Shown here: piece by piece, positions 53,037 to 64,000 of the stretch
Numbering within the stretch: the first letter of the stretch is position 1
How the letters are laid out: every line of letters begins with the position of its first letter
Source of the DNA: Phoronis australis
Taxonomy: Eukaryota > Animalia > Phoronida
Length of the DNA stretch: 64,000 bases
Assembly: GCA_002633005.1 (NCBI GenBank)
Contig: NMRA01000077.1
Coordinates: 837,377 to 901,376, forward strand
Reading direction: 5' to 3'
Notes under the pieces: generated by a model
What the model was told of the DNA's origin: nothing
Databases searched by the model: none
What the model saw: the letters and a program-made list of their open reading frames with translations, nothing else
Translations under genes and position numbers: made by a program

Positions 53037-54334
53037 CTACAATGAGCAAATACCAAACACTGAATCCTTCAATGTGAAACAAATCTAAAAAGTTCAATTC
53101 CAGAACAAACCCTTAATATAAGCCATTACTACACAGCTGCAAATGCAATAAAATTACCATCTGTTGTTTTATGGCAAATGCACATACCAACCAATAATAC
53201 CGTACATGTAATACCTGTCACGGACAAGATCATTGGGGATATGTTGTTGTATTAATCCCCTCTCCAGACAATCCCGTGACAACAGAAGGTGCAAAACTCC
53301 AAGACTGATGTTGCCTGTAAGCATCTGATTCGACGACACACGGGCATGGCTCATATGTGATATCAGTTTCAAGCAGTCGGCTACCATCATTGAACTTGAA
53401 GCCAGTGAAGCTGCTAGAAGGTGCGTCAGTTAGCCAGCAGTAATATCAGATGAGTATAAGCAACCAAGCTTACGACAATTTACAGAAAATACTTTGAAAA
53501 ATTTGACAAAAAATAACTAGGGTGCTATGTAGTAGAGAAGAAAGTTACCACTCCTCACATAAAACAAAAAGCAGGCATGTTGCAAACAAGTTCTATGGAA
53601 ATGCTTCTGTCCACAAAAGAAATTGCAGCTTAAGTTGATACGGCCATGAGCATACTGTTTTCAAAACTGTTACAAAAGGCAAAGAATTACACAAGAAAAT
53701 GACATTTATTAGATTGTTTTTCACTTAAAACGGCTGTAACGGGCAAGGTGAGTGTCAGCTGATTCACAGATTTTGCATGCACCCCGTCCAGGCTTTAACT
53801 CTACATGATGATAAAAGTTTCACGGCGAGGTGACGAGCAGAACTACCCTGGCTGTGTGCAATTTCGAGGTCTGTCACCGCTGAACACACAGCAGTACCTA
53901 GATGGTATCTTGATGATAGTCTTCATACAGCTAACTGGCTAGTAGACAGTGACCACGGTATCTATACTGGCACCGCTACTAGAGAAGGTGGAGCTCCTAT
54001 AGGCGCTTCATACGCTGAAAGCGATTTTAGGAACTGAACGAGGGACTGCTGGAAGAAAAATTTTGATAGCAGGAGTATTTGTTCCAGTTGGAAGGAATTA
54101 AATACATCGACGTCCTCCTAGTCCTAAGCTAAGGCTAAGCCAAGCCTCCCGTTCAGTAACACTAGGACCTCGCTAAATAGCAAGACTTCGCGAGATTATG
54201 CGAGATATTGCCGTGCATTTTAAATGAGAACACGCGACTTTGCCTACGTTTTAGCTAGGTCCTAGCGTCTACTGAACGCACGCAAGGTGTCCCTCTAATG
54301 CACAAAACCTAATGAAACAACGCAACTTTGATGT

Positions 54335-54869
54335 TGTTGTAGATGTGTTTCCGGTGAATTATATGAGCCTGTTAGCTACTCGCTAACGGGCAATTGCCTA
54401 TTAGCTGAATGGTTAGCACGCTTGCCGGTTTCATGGGGGTCGCTGGTTCGATTCCCGAGTCGGTTGATCTCGGCTATTACTACAGTAGTCGGCAAACGAA
54501 TGATCTATCGATGAAGCACAGCCAACTAGTACCCACGGACCTCGGGAAGGCGCGCGTGGAAGGTTCCAGGAGTCAAGGACCTGTATGAGAGACTACCTTG
54601 TGTTCACCTGTGTTGTGGTGGTAAAGGTACCAAGGGACGTTGATGACCTGTATGCGAGACATCCTGGTGTTCACCTTGCTGGTCGCGTGGCCGTTCCGTA
54701 GGGAAGGGGGAATGTTGTAGATGTGCTTCCGGTGAATTATATGAGCCTCTGTTAGCTACTCGCTAGCGGGCAATTGCCTATTAGCTGAATGGTTAGCACG
54801 CTTGCCGGTTTACTTTTATGGGGGTCGCTGGTTAGATTCCCGAGTCGGGTGATCTCGGCTATTACTACA
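54335..54869 (+). mobile_element. TRIM with tRNA-like LTRs (second family), Helenus-like
   Basis: LTRs 54335-54484 and 54713-54869 (TGTTGT...CTACA), PPT AGGGAAGGGGGAA, perfect TSD ATGT, A box TAGCTGAATGG, B box GGTTCGATTCCC. Confidence 0.9.
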
Positions 54870-55035
54870 ATGTTTTAGCCAGTGCAATAGTTACGTTTTT
54901 GACGTTCAGTCAAGCCACACGCGCACATACACACACATTTAAAACAGTTAGCCAGAAGGACATTACCTTCCGTTAAGAAGCATTCATACGTAAATAATGT
55001 TTAAGAGTTTAAGGTTTAAGCACGCATTGACTTAC

Positions 55036-55137
55036 ACTGCACAACTCCTCCGATTTGACCTATATCCGGGACCCTCTATACATCCCACAAGTCTTTGCAA
55101 GTCACGTGGTAACCCTCCTCGTTTGTCCGCCATGTTG
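55036..55137. promoter_or_regulatory. Putative bidirectional promoter of the cupin gene and ATP synthase beta
   Basis: E-box GTCACGTG at 55101, YY1-like CCGCCATGTT over the ATG, and a minus-strand GTAAGT donor at 55035. Confidence 0.45.
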
Positions 55138-55249
55138 AGCACATTCCGCCGGTGTTGTTCGGTGGCTTTCAGGGCTGGAAAGCCTGCCATTTCGGCAAAA
55201 AATTCAATCCAAAAGTCTGCAAAAGCACTCCCAACCTATTACAGTACAA
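55132..55249 (+). CDS. ATP5F1B: ATP synthase F1 beta, exon 1 (mitochondrial transit peptide)
   Basis: gccATG MLSTFRRCCSVAFRAGKPAISAK..., basic and acid-free; gtgagt donor, phase 1 joins KRSYAAE. Confidence 0.85.
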
Positions 55250-55551
55250 GTGAGTATTCAGAATTTTTGAAGAAAATGTCTNGCTCTTGAAAGTTGACAG
55301 AAATGTAAATTAACTTTGTTGAACATAGGTAAAGTGGGAGAGTTTAACAAGGATGACCTTTGTGAGGACTGTATAGATGACATTAAGACAGGTAGAAAGC
55401 TAGATTTGTGTTCAGTTACTCCATTTGTTCTTTCTCACAATTTTATTGTTATTGTTATGTTTACATGATTATTAACTTCAGTCCAAGTGTGAGGGGTCAC
55501 CTTGGTGACCAAGTTTGTATATTTCTTGAAAATCTGAGTGAAAAGCAGTAC

Positions 55552-56120
55552 ACAGGGCTCAACACTAACGGTTGCCCGTGTACATGTAGATTTTGCGTCG
55601 GGCAAGTGGAATTTGAAAAGTACTTGCCCGATGGGCAAGTTAAAAAGCTGGCCGCATAGGCAAGTAGATCCTAAGATTCGACCTTTGCTCCAAAGTAATG
55701 AACCCCGACACAAGCCTAAAAACCGTCGAAAAAGCCCCTGTGGCCGTCAAAGGAACTCCCGTCTTGAATGAGCACCGAAAGGAAAATAGAACGAGTGTGA
55801 TGCAGTGTGCACAGATGACGCCTGCGGTCAAATCCTTTCGATTCTCTGAACGTCCCCTGTAGTTTCTGAATAAGTTGTCACGTGATACTACTGATTGTCT
55901 GCACTCTGGCAAAACATCCAAACAAGGAAGCCGTCCAGGCCTAGATGGCATTAGTTTAGTTGCTAAAAAACGAGTTCAGGAAGAATCAAAGCAACAATAT
56001 GAAATGAAAAGAGTGCGGGGATGGGTTTCGTCATGGGAAATTAGGTTTCCTGGCCTGCGAGACAGTGAACAAGGGATGACGTGTGATTTTTGCCGGCATT
56101 TACCTATGTACAGCTGGAAG
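55552..56120 (+). mobile_element. hAT-like transposon 5' remnant with TTF-type zinc-finger fragment
   Basis: CAGGGCTC start; SSWEIRFPGLRDSEQGMTCDFCR resembles the WxxxFxWL...GMxCxxCR motif. Confidence 0.55.
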
Positions 56121-56941
56121 CACCGCGTTCGTCGGCGGATGTAAGTCATACAGATAAGCGCAAAAGCTAAAAAGTAAATAATTGGCCACATATTTTCTAC
56201 ACTACACAGCAGTTTTAAAGGCCTGGTATTTATTCAGGGGGAATTCCAAAGGAAATTCTTTAATATGAATTTCCGGCTCCCAGCGGCGACTCCCGAATGA
56301 AGAGGAATACGATCTTCCGGATTGTCGCTCTGACGGGTGACTTTTTTTGCGGTCTATCTATTTTTCAAAAATGTAATTATTTATTGAAAATAAAAGTATA
56401 TGTGGCATTATTATATGTTAAAATTTAATTTTAATTTAATACAAGGTACCGATGACCAATACTGTGTAAGATTTTTTTACGGATAGCAAAAATTCAAATT
56501 CATGTTAAGCAACAACTCAAGTTTAATGCATGAGAGCGTATAAACTAATGAATACACAGAAGTGTCTAGAGTTCATGTCCTAGCTCATTTTGGCACCTGT
56601 GAACGTGAGACAATGGTTCAGATTACTCTTCTAATTTGTCTCTCTAGTGTTTTGACACGCCTTATAAAAAAATGTTCTATAAGAACAGTGGCAGATCTAG
56701 GATATCACAAGGGGGGCTCAGCACTTTGTCTGTAAACATTTGCACAAAGCACGATAGTAGATGCTCATAGAGGGGGTTTGCCACCGTCCCGCCAGGAAAT
56801 TTTTTCTGTTTTTTCCTCTAAAAATCGAGCACTTTACTTGATTCCTGAAGTATTATCCAAGAAAAAAGGCAAAATTCTTAAGTTTTACGTTGTGTCATTT
56901 TTGTGCAACTGTTAGTATCATTTGTGTCCTTGTTGTTCCAG

Positions 56942-57124
56942 AGCGCAGCTATGCTGCTGAATCCCAGGCTGCTCCTGCCTCCTCGACCCCTGTTGGTAAG
57001 GTTGTCTCTGTCATCGGTGCCGTGGTAGACGTCCAGTTTGAAGATGAACTACCTCCTATCCTAAATGGTTTGGAGGTAGAGGGCAGGACACCCAGGCTTG
57101 TTCTGGAAGTAGCCCAGCATTTAG
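56942..57124 (+). CDS. ATP5F1B: ATP synthase beta, exon 2
   Basis: [28 protein letters not shown]...[10 protein letters not shown]. Confidence 0.98.
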
Positions 57125-58331
57125 GTAGGTGTGTTGTTTAATGTGATCATTGATGTAAGGGTCGAGTACTCTGTTCGTGTTGGGGGTTCTGATAAATCTG
57201 GGTTTCCAGGGCTTGACGCTATGAAAATTGCCAGGTCGCATTTTGCAACTTAGCCAAAATCCCAGGTCGCATTTTCAAAATCCAGCTCGCACTCATAAAT
57301 GCCAGGTCGTAAAATTTTCCGCCATTTTTACGCGCCAAAATTGACTTTGAGAAAATATTTATATTATGCTTTTACCTGGGCAAAATTGAGTTCTTTACAT
57401 TCAGATCCGACATTACTGTTCTTCACGACCGCCACTGAAAGGCTCTAGAGCGCAAGGCTAGTTGCCATCGTGAAAGTTGAATCCGTGCCCTCTAACCGAC
57501 ATGCATTCGAGTAGCTTAGATTGCAATATAAAAATGGCGAAAATACTCCTTGAAAAAGTGTACGGTTTCGTTAGGTCTGACCTGCTGTAACAATGTCATC
57601 TAAATCATTAAAGATTCCAATTAACTCCAAGTGCGAATCCCTCCGTTTTTTGTCCACAGCCCAACCTTTGCAACTTAAATGAAGTTTGGAAAACATCCTG
57701 TAGCAGAAAATGTTAGCCAATGAAACACGCCTGCATTTTCCCATGTTCACGCGACATGCTTAGAAGGCATCGGGAGGGCTTTTCTCGGTTAGTGTTATTT
57801 TGAAATTGATTGAGCAATAACCAAATAACGGTTGGATTCACACAAGCTGCCAGATCTCTGCCAAGAAGTGTAAAAACTCAGCTTGCATACGTTGGAAATT
57901 CCAGGTCGCATTTTGTGACTTGATATGAGCTGGCAAAAATCTCAGCTTGTATATTTATTTCCGATTTGAAAGGGCCAACTTCTCTCTTTCATTAACTGGA
58001 GATTCCTAGTAATCTTACAATGTGGGTGTCCAAACCAGAGAAATTCTGATTGACAGGGCGTTCAAATGATACATTGGGCGTCCTTGCCAGGGTGTCCAGA
58101 TTAGTGCTAAGGCATCCATGTAGACGCCCAGGACGTAGGCTGCATGAAGGCCTGTAAGGTATTTTGCTAGACGTGTGAAATATTGTAAAAAATTTTATGA
58201 ATAAGGATTGAGATATCCTTAAATTGATAATGTGAAGGGAGTGTTGAGTGTCCTTGGGGCAGTCGTGTCATGTGCTGCGTGTTAACATATCAGGCTGTGT
58301 GTAGAACCAACTCTCTGTTTTCTGTCACTAG

Positions 58332-58506
58332 GTGAAAGCACGGTGCGTACTATTGCTATGGATGGTACGGAGGGCCTCATCCGTGGACAATCATGTAAAG
58401 ACACAGGAACTCCCATCAGAATTCCAGTTGGTCCATCTACGTTAGGTCGCATCATTAACGTCATTGGTGAACCTATTGATGAGAGGGGTCCAGTTAACAC
58501 TGATGT
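58332..58506 (+). CDS. ATP5F1B: ATP synthase beta, exon 3
   Basis: [18 protein letters not shown]...[17 protein letters not shown]. Confidence 0.98.
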
Positions 58507-58728
58507 GTAAGTAATGTCATTGCAGCTATAAAGCCTTTGTTGTAACTGTGACTGTACTCTTATTCTCTTTCCCACATCTGTGCTAGACTTATTTATAGTA
58601 GTTTCACCTCTGCTGGAACGTAATTGCTAAATTGTGAGCAACGTGGAATATGCACCACAGAAGTAATGCAGCCAGCTCCTTATTAGGAAATGAGATTAGC
58701 TCAATTTCGATTGGCTGATTATGGTGAG

Positions 58729-58868
58729 CAGTGGCGGATATAGAGGGGGGGGCCATAATTCTCCCGGATTCCATGTGGCAGTTCGGGGATGCGAATGTCT
58801 GACGGCCAAAATCTTGGCTAAAACTCTGCCCTGGCCCCCCCTAACTCAAAATCCTGTATCCGGCCCTG
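58729..58868. mobile_element. hAT-like MITE with 5-bp TSD (family of 31619)
   Basis: CAGTGGCGGAT...ATCCGGCCCTG, TSD gtgag. Confidence 0.8.
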
Positions 58869-59391
58869 GTGAGAGCCCCAAAACTTACCAATAGTATTCC
58901 TCTACCTGAGAAATGCACAAGCAACAACCAAGTCGTTGAAAGCATTTCCTGGCAAGGTTTGTTGACATTTATAACACTACTGCATCATGAGGCGCAGTAA
59001 ATGTTGCAAAATGTGCAATGAAATTTTTTTTGCGCAGTAACTTTATTATCTCTGAAATGGCTGATCTATTTGAGCAATTGCTGACCACTCTATAATGTTT
59101 AGAAAGTGGCCGTCATTTCAAGCTACTTTCTAAAATTTTCCCCATCTTTTTTAATTCTGGTCGGCCCATTGATCCTGTCCAAAATAAAGTGCAAGCCGTC
59201 CAAAAGATTGTATAAACCCCTGCTTTCAATGCTCTAAAAAATTTTCCAAAGAAATATGTTGGGGGTTCATTGTTTGTTTGTCGCAAGATTCGATAAACAG
59301 GTGACAGCAACATAATAAAACCCATCTTGGAGAATACTGGCTTTCAGACACAAACAAAAGAAGTTGCATAACACTCATTTTGTATTTTCAG

Positions 59392-59513
59392 TTATTTACC
59401 AATTCACCAGGAGGCACCTGAGTTTGTTGATATGAGTACAGATCAAGAGATCCTTGAGACTGGCATCAAGGTTGTTGACTTGTTGGCCCCCTATGCCAAG
59501 GGTGGTAAGATTG
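59392..59513 (+). CDS. ATP5F1B: ATP synthase beta, exon 4
   Basis: [12 protein letters not shown]...[19 protein letters not shown]. Confidence 0.98.
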
Positions 59514-59550
59514 GTAAGTCTCAGTTGTAGATGTCTGGTGGGAAATAATG

Positions 59551-61024
59551 CAGGGATACAACCAGGTTTCAAAACCCTGCTCGCCAGCTGGGCGAGTGAG
59601 CCGGATAATCTACTCGCCCAGCCCAAAGTTCAGTCACCTGTCCATTTGCATCTGTGACCTCAAACTTGCTGTCAGTGTAAATAAAAATCATAGTGTTGAC
59701 ATCACCATCTATTAGGGCTACCATATTTTCCCTAATAAGCGCCCAGGGTGCTTAGAAAAATTTGTTTCGGAAGGCGTGAGACACTGGTTGTAGCCTGAAG
59801 GTGGTTGAAACCCGGTCTGCGAAACACGTGAAATCGGAAGTTAGATTCATCAAATTTACGCACTGTGACCAGTGTTCTCCACAATACAAAATCCAAACTC
59901 GACGCCAATGTCTAAATAAGTTCAATATCAGTTCTTGACATTGTCTCTTCTCTAATCATGACCGTGAGTGTGCTGAAAGGTATTTATATATGGTTTAAAC
60001 CTGCACACTGCACTGGTGTGACCTACTTTTTAGACACTTCAAAGTTAAGCTTTCCTACCGATGTATCTCATAATTCCTCCAAAGTATTTGACAGACCCAG
60101 AGCATCAAACAAAAAATAAAAAGTTCCTTTAATAATACCAATGCCGATTTTAATATCAATTAGACATATTTAAGTACTACTAACATGAGTTCTGATGTGA
60201 CCTAGTTTTCAGTGACACCTGTTACCAAGTTGAATAAGCTCATAAAGTTCAACCTTGCCACTAGATGTCAGTCAAAATCAAAATTGTCTTTATTAAGCAA
60301 ATTAAATTGTTTCTTTACAGATTGACTTGCAAAATTTTAAAGTCTGACTCATTTCGATGATACAAACAAAAACCCCTAAAAACACTCCATTTGCGATGCA
60401 TTCGTGGGTGCATTTCAATGCTCCACGTTGCTTTTGTCGCATATGTACACGTTCATGGACTGGGTGCTAATTTTAGTGAATTCCGAAAATGAGTGGGAGG
60501 GGGGGGGCTTGTAGGGTCATCTGCGCTTATTAGGACGAATGTTATTATTTATAAAACAGTTTTGGCTAAGGAGACATTGCACATTACAATTAGAAATCAG
60601 TTCCAAAAAAACATGGCATTTCACTTGCTGTGAGCACATGGACTGGTCTTCCGCCTTTCCCCCTTTTCTTCGTTTCGAACTAGTCCACAAATTCGTTTGT
60701 GCACGACCACATGCTGTGATCTTTCGTCTAGACGAATCGCGTAACGGGTGACTTGTAGGCCTAATGAATCGGTAGGATCGCATTGCGCCGATGTTTTTTT
60801 ACTGCCGGAGAAAAAACGACACACTGACCAAACTGAACCTTAAATTCATGATAAAAACATTACAAGGAGTAGAAAATTTATTCATGTTCATTTGGAAAAC
60901 GATATAGTGCTTTTGCGCTCTGAAAATTTGCTCGCCACCTTTGCGATGGGCAAGTGAACTTCTACTCGCCCAGCACCTTTTTTACTCGCATTGGCAACTG
61001 GGCGAATGGCTAAGTATATCCCTG
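59551..61024. mobile_element. Non-autonomous hAT-like element with 5-bp TSD
   Basis: CAGGGATA...TATCCCTG, TSD taatg, subterminal ctcgccc/gggcgag repeats. Confidence 0.75.
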
Positions 61025-61411
61025 TAATGGTGTGCAAGTGATTTTGGTTGACTTGTTGTTTGTCCATCCCAAGTGAGGTATCTCCCCAATCATATCTTGG
61101 TCTATTGATATAAACCTGAATGTTTGGTTAATGTCATCTACAACATGTGACCATGGATAATGTTAGAAGCTCTCCACCTCAGAATGGAATTGGCAAACCT
61201 GGTCATGGGTATAACTTTTGAACTCGGATTTTGATTGAAGCATTGTGGCTTGTGATATTATGTTGAATATTGAGTTTTGCTTAATGAAAGCGGGTTTGGT
61301 GTTAAGGGTTTATTGGATGATCACATTTGGATTTCAAGAAAAATTAGAATTTAAATTGCTGAAATTTATTGATAAGATCGATGCCCTGTTTAAAATATAT
61401 ATTTTCTGTGA

Positions 61412-61690
<279 letters not shown>

Positions 61691-62080
61691 TAAATAGATT
61701 AACTGAGGCAAGCTAAAACAAGTCATTGTGACGATTCTGTTTGCTTTGCGTGCTAGATATCGTCTTGTCTTATGAGGAATGGTGAAAAGTTGTAGTTCAA
61801 AAGAGGAGTTTTAAAATCCTGAAATCTGCGCCTTAGACATACCAGTAGGAATCATCTGCAGGTTTTGGCATTGTACTTGGGTTTTCAGTTTTACTGCTTT
61901 ATTTTGATGCGCTTTATGTTAATTGGATCTATGAAGTACTTGTGGTAGCACTTTACAGATTTAGCGTTGGTCTGTCGGTTACTACTGTTTTCCTACATGT
62001 ATCCTTGTAAATGCTACTATTTTCCTACATTTGTCCCTGTTAAGATGTACTGATGGTCTATTGCTATTATTTCGCTACAG

Positions 62081-62239
62081 GTATCCCTGGTATATGGTCA
62101 GATGAATGAGCCCCCAGGTGCCCGCGCCCGTGTGGCTTTGACTGGACTGACTGTTGCTGAGTACTTCCGTGACTACGAGGGACAGGACGTGCTACTCTTC
62201 ATTGATAACATCTTCCGTTTCACACAGGCTGGCTCCGAG
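62081..62239 (+). CDS. ATP5F1B: ATP synthase beta, exon 6 (gene continues past the window)
   Basis: [31 protein letters not shown]...[18 protein letters not shown]. Confidence 0.99.
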
Positions 62240-62410
62240 GTAGGCACTAGAGCATAGTTTCACATATGTGAACCAGAAAGGTTCCAACACGAATGTTACA
62301 GGGAGATATGTAGGATGAACATACCATTTGTTTAACATATGTATCATTTAGATTATGATAGATATATCATTTGGGTTAACTATGTGTATTATAATACTGT
62401 ATGAGAAGTA

Positions 62411-63032
62411 TCAAGGTAACTGTGAACCTTATTTACAAGGTTGTACTTATGTGCAAGTATCTTAAATTCTGTTAGCTCTAACCCCTATATATATTTTATG
62501 GATAAATTTCCTAACAAAATTTGTTATTCTCATTTACTTGTCTTCATTTTTTCCTGAGATAAGCATTTTTAGTAAAAAATTTGGCTCTGACAGAGATTTT
62601 AAAAATATTGTTCCTCCAATCATATTGGTCTTTTATCAACAAGTTGATAAGGACATTTTCAAAGGAATCGTGTCTCAGATTTTTAATTATCAGCTTTTTA
62701 GAGCATTTTGAGCTAAAACTATCATACTCTTAATTTTTGAAGGCTTTGTCCTGTAAAAATAGGGCCTTTTTCAAAAATCTTAGGCACAGTTAACATGTTG
62801 TCAAAAGACAAATGTGATTGCATGAACAATATTTTTAAAATCTCTGTTCAAAGCCTAAAATTTTTTACTAAAAAATGCATATCTCGTGACTAGTACATAA
62901 GAATAATAAATTTTGCTAGGAAATTTATTCACCTTTCAGAAAATATATACTGTTTGGGGGTTAGAGCTAACAGAATTTAAGATATTTACACATTAAGTAC
63001 AAACTGGTAAACAAGGCTCGCAGTTACCTTGA
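62411..63032. mobile_element. Palindromic Kolobok-like MITE
   Basis: tcaAGGTAACTGTGAACCTT ... AAGGCTCGCAGTTACCTtga, with long inverted arms. Confidence 0.75.
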
Positions 63033-63154
63033 TATAAGTATGTAGTGGCTGTTGTGTAATTAATTAAATGTACAAAATTTGTGGCATCCTATGAGTGCAT
63101 AGGAAATGAATTTTGTCTTTGACCACTTGTTAGAGATTTATATTAGCCACTTTG

Positions 63155-64000
63155 TTTTTATGCGCCCACATATTTATATGTGGTCGCACATTGTCGTCAT
63201 CTCTGTCTGGGCGTCCAGCGTCCGCAGCTGTATCTCCTAAACCCCTTGCAGGATCTTATTGAAATTTGGCAGGTGTGTTCCTATGGGGTTGACGACAGAG
63301 GGCAACGAGTTTCGGACCGACCCGAATACCGCTGTGCCCCCTAATGGCAATTTTAGTTTTTTACGTTTACCTCTGTATTTTCAAAGGCCCTTAACCGATT
63401 TTCGTGAAATTTGGCACATAGGCTCTATTAATAAGTTGACGCTATCCTCTGGTTTTCTGATGGATTTGAGGCATTTTTCGCCATCTAGTGGCTATTTTTA
63501 CTATTTTCGAGTCGTTTTTTTGGCGTCTGCCCCTCTAACAACCAAGCCACTTGAAGGATGACTGTGAAAATTGGCATACATGTTCTTACTATGAAGAAGA
63601 CAGTTGACGATGATTTTCTGACGACTTTGACTACTGTGGCGCCTCCTAGTGGCAGTTTTGTTTGTTTTTGCGCCCATGGCTGTATCTCCTAAACGGTCTA
63701 CAGGATCTTTATTAAATTATAAAGCAAATGTATTTATATGAAGTTGACAACAGACGACAGCGAATTTCGGACAGATCGGTCTACCGGTGTGCTCTCTAGT
63801 GGCAATTATAGTTTTTTACGTCAACCTCCGTATCTTCAAAGGTCCTCCACTGATTTCCATAAAATTTAGCACATATACATCTATTAGTGAGGTGACGCTA
63901 GCCATTGATCTTTGGATTGATTCAAGGTATTTTGCGCCACCTAGTGGCCATTTTTGTTGTTTTTGAGTCTGTTTTTTGGCGTCCCTCCTTCTGTCAACCA
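63155..64000 (+). mobile_element. Helentron-type HINE copy, running off the window
   Basis: tttttatgcgcccacatatttatatgtgg start; subunits containing gcgccacctagtggcc. Confidence 0.7.

Noticed and set aside
53215-53260. In-frame TGA-TCT-TGT-CCG-TGA suggesting a selenoprotein
   Set aside because: The downstream exon has its own ATG and gives a complete cupin; no SECIS was recognised, so the TGAs are best read as stops in a UTR.
54395-54465. tRNA genes (also 13105-13175 and 45740-45813)
   Set aside because: A/B boxes are present, but the acceptor and anticodon stems are poor and the segments are embedded in repeats.

Overview
AT-rich, intron-rich eukaryotic DNA. The repeat landscape suggests a marine invertebrate, but the species cannot be fixed from sequence alone. 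Four spliced genes form two head-to-head pairs. The first pair is MIOS (GATOR2 subunit, minus strand, 5 N-terminal exons at 2985-8973, running off to the left) and CCDC89 (plus strand, 7 exons at 14008-37713, complete). The second pair is a DUF985/Cupin_5 protein (minus strand, 3 coding exons at 46176-53036, about 185 aa) and mitochondrial ATP synthase beta (plus strand, 6 exons at 55132-62239, continuing right). Introns and intergenic DNA hold Penelope-like GIY-YIG fragments with hammerhead-like motifs, an RNase H-bearing non-LTR fragment, Helentron-type elements with CTCF-like motifs, THAP remnants, TTAA MITEs, 5-bp-TSD MITEs and minisatellites. The most notable features are two distinct ~0.5-kb miniature LTR elements (13026-13533 and 54335-54869). 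Both have tRNA-like Pol III A/B boxes in their LTRs, a polypurine tract and 4-bp TSDs (Helenus/Cassandra-like architecture), and each lies a few hundred bp from a start codon of one gene pair. All calls are by eye; no searches were run.
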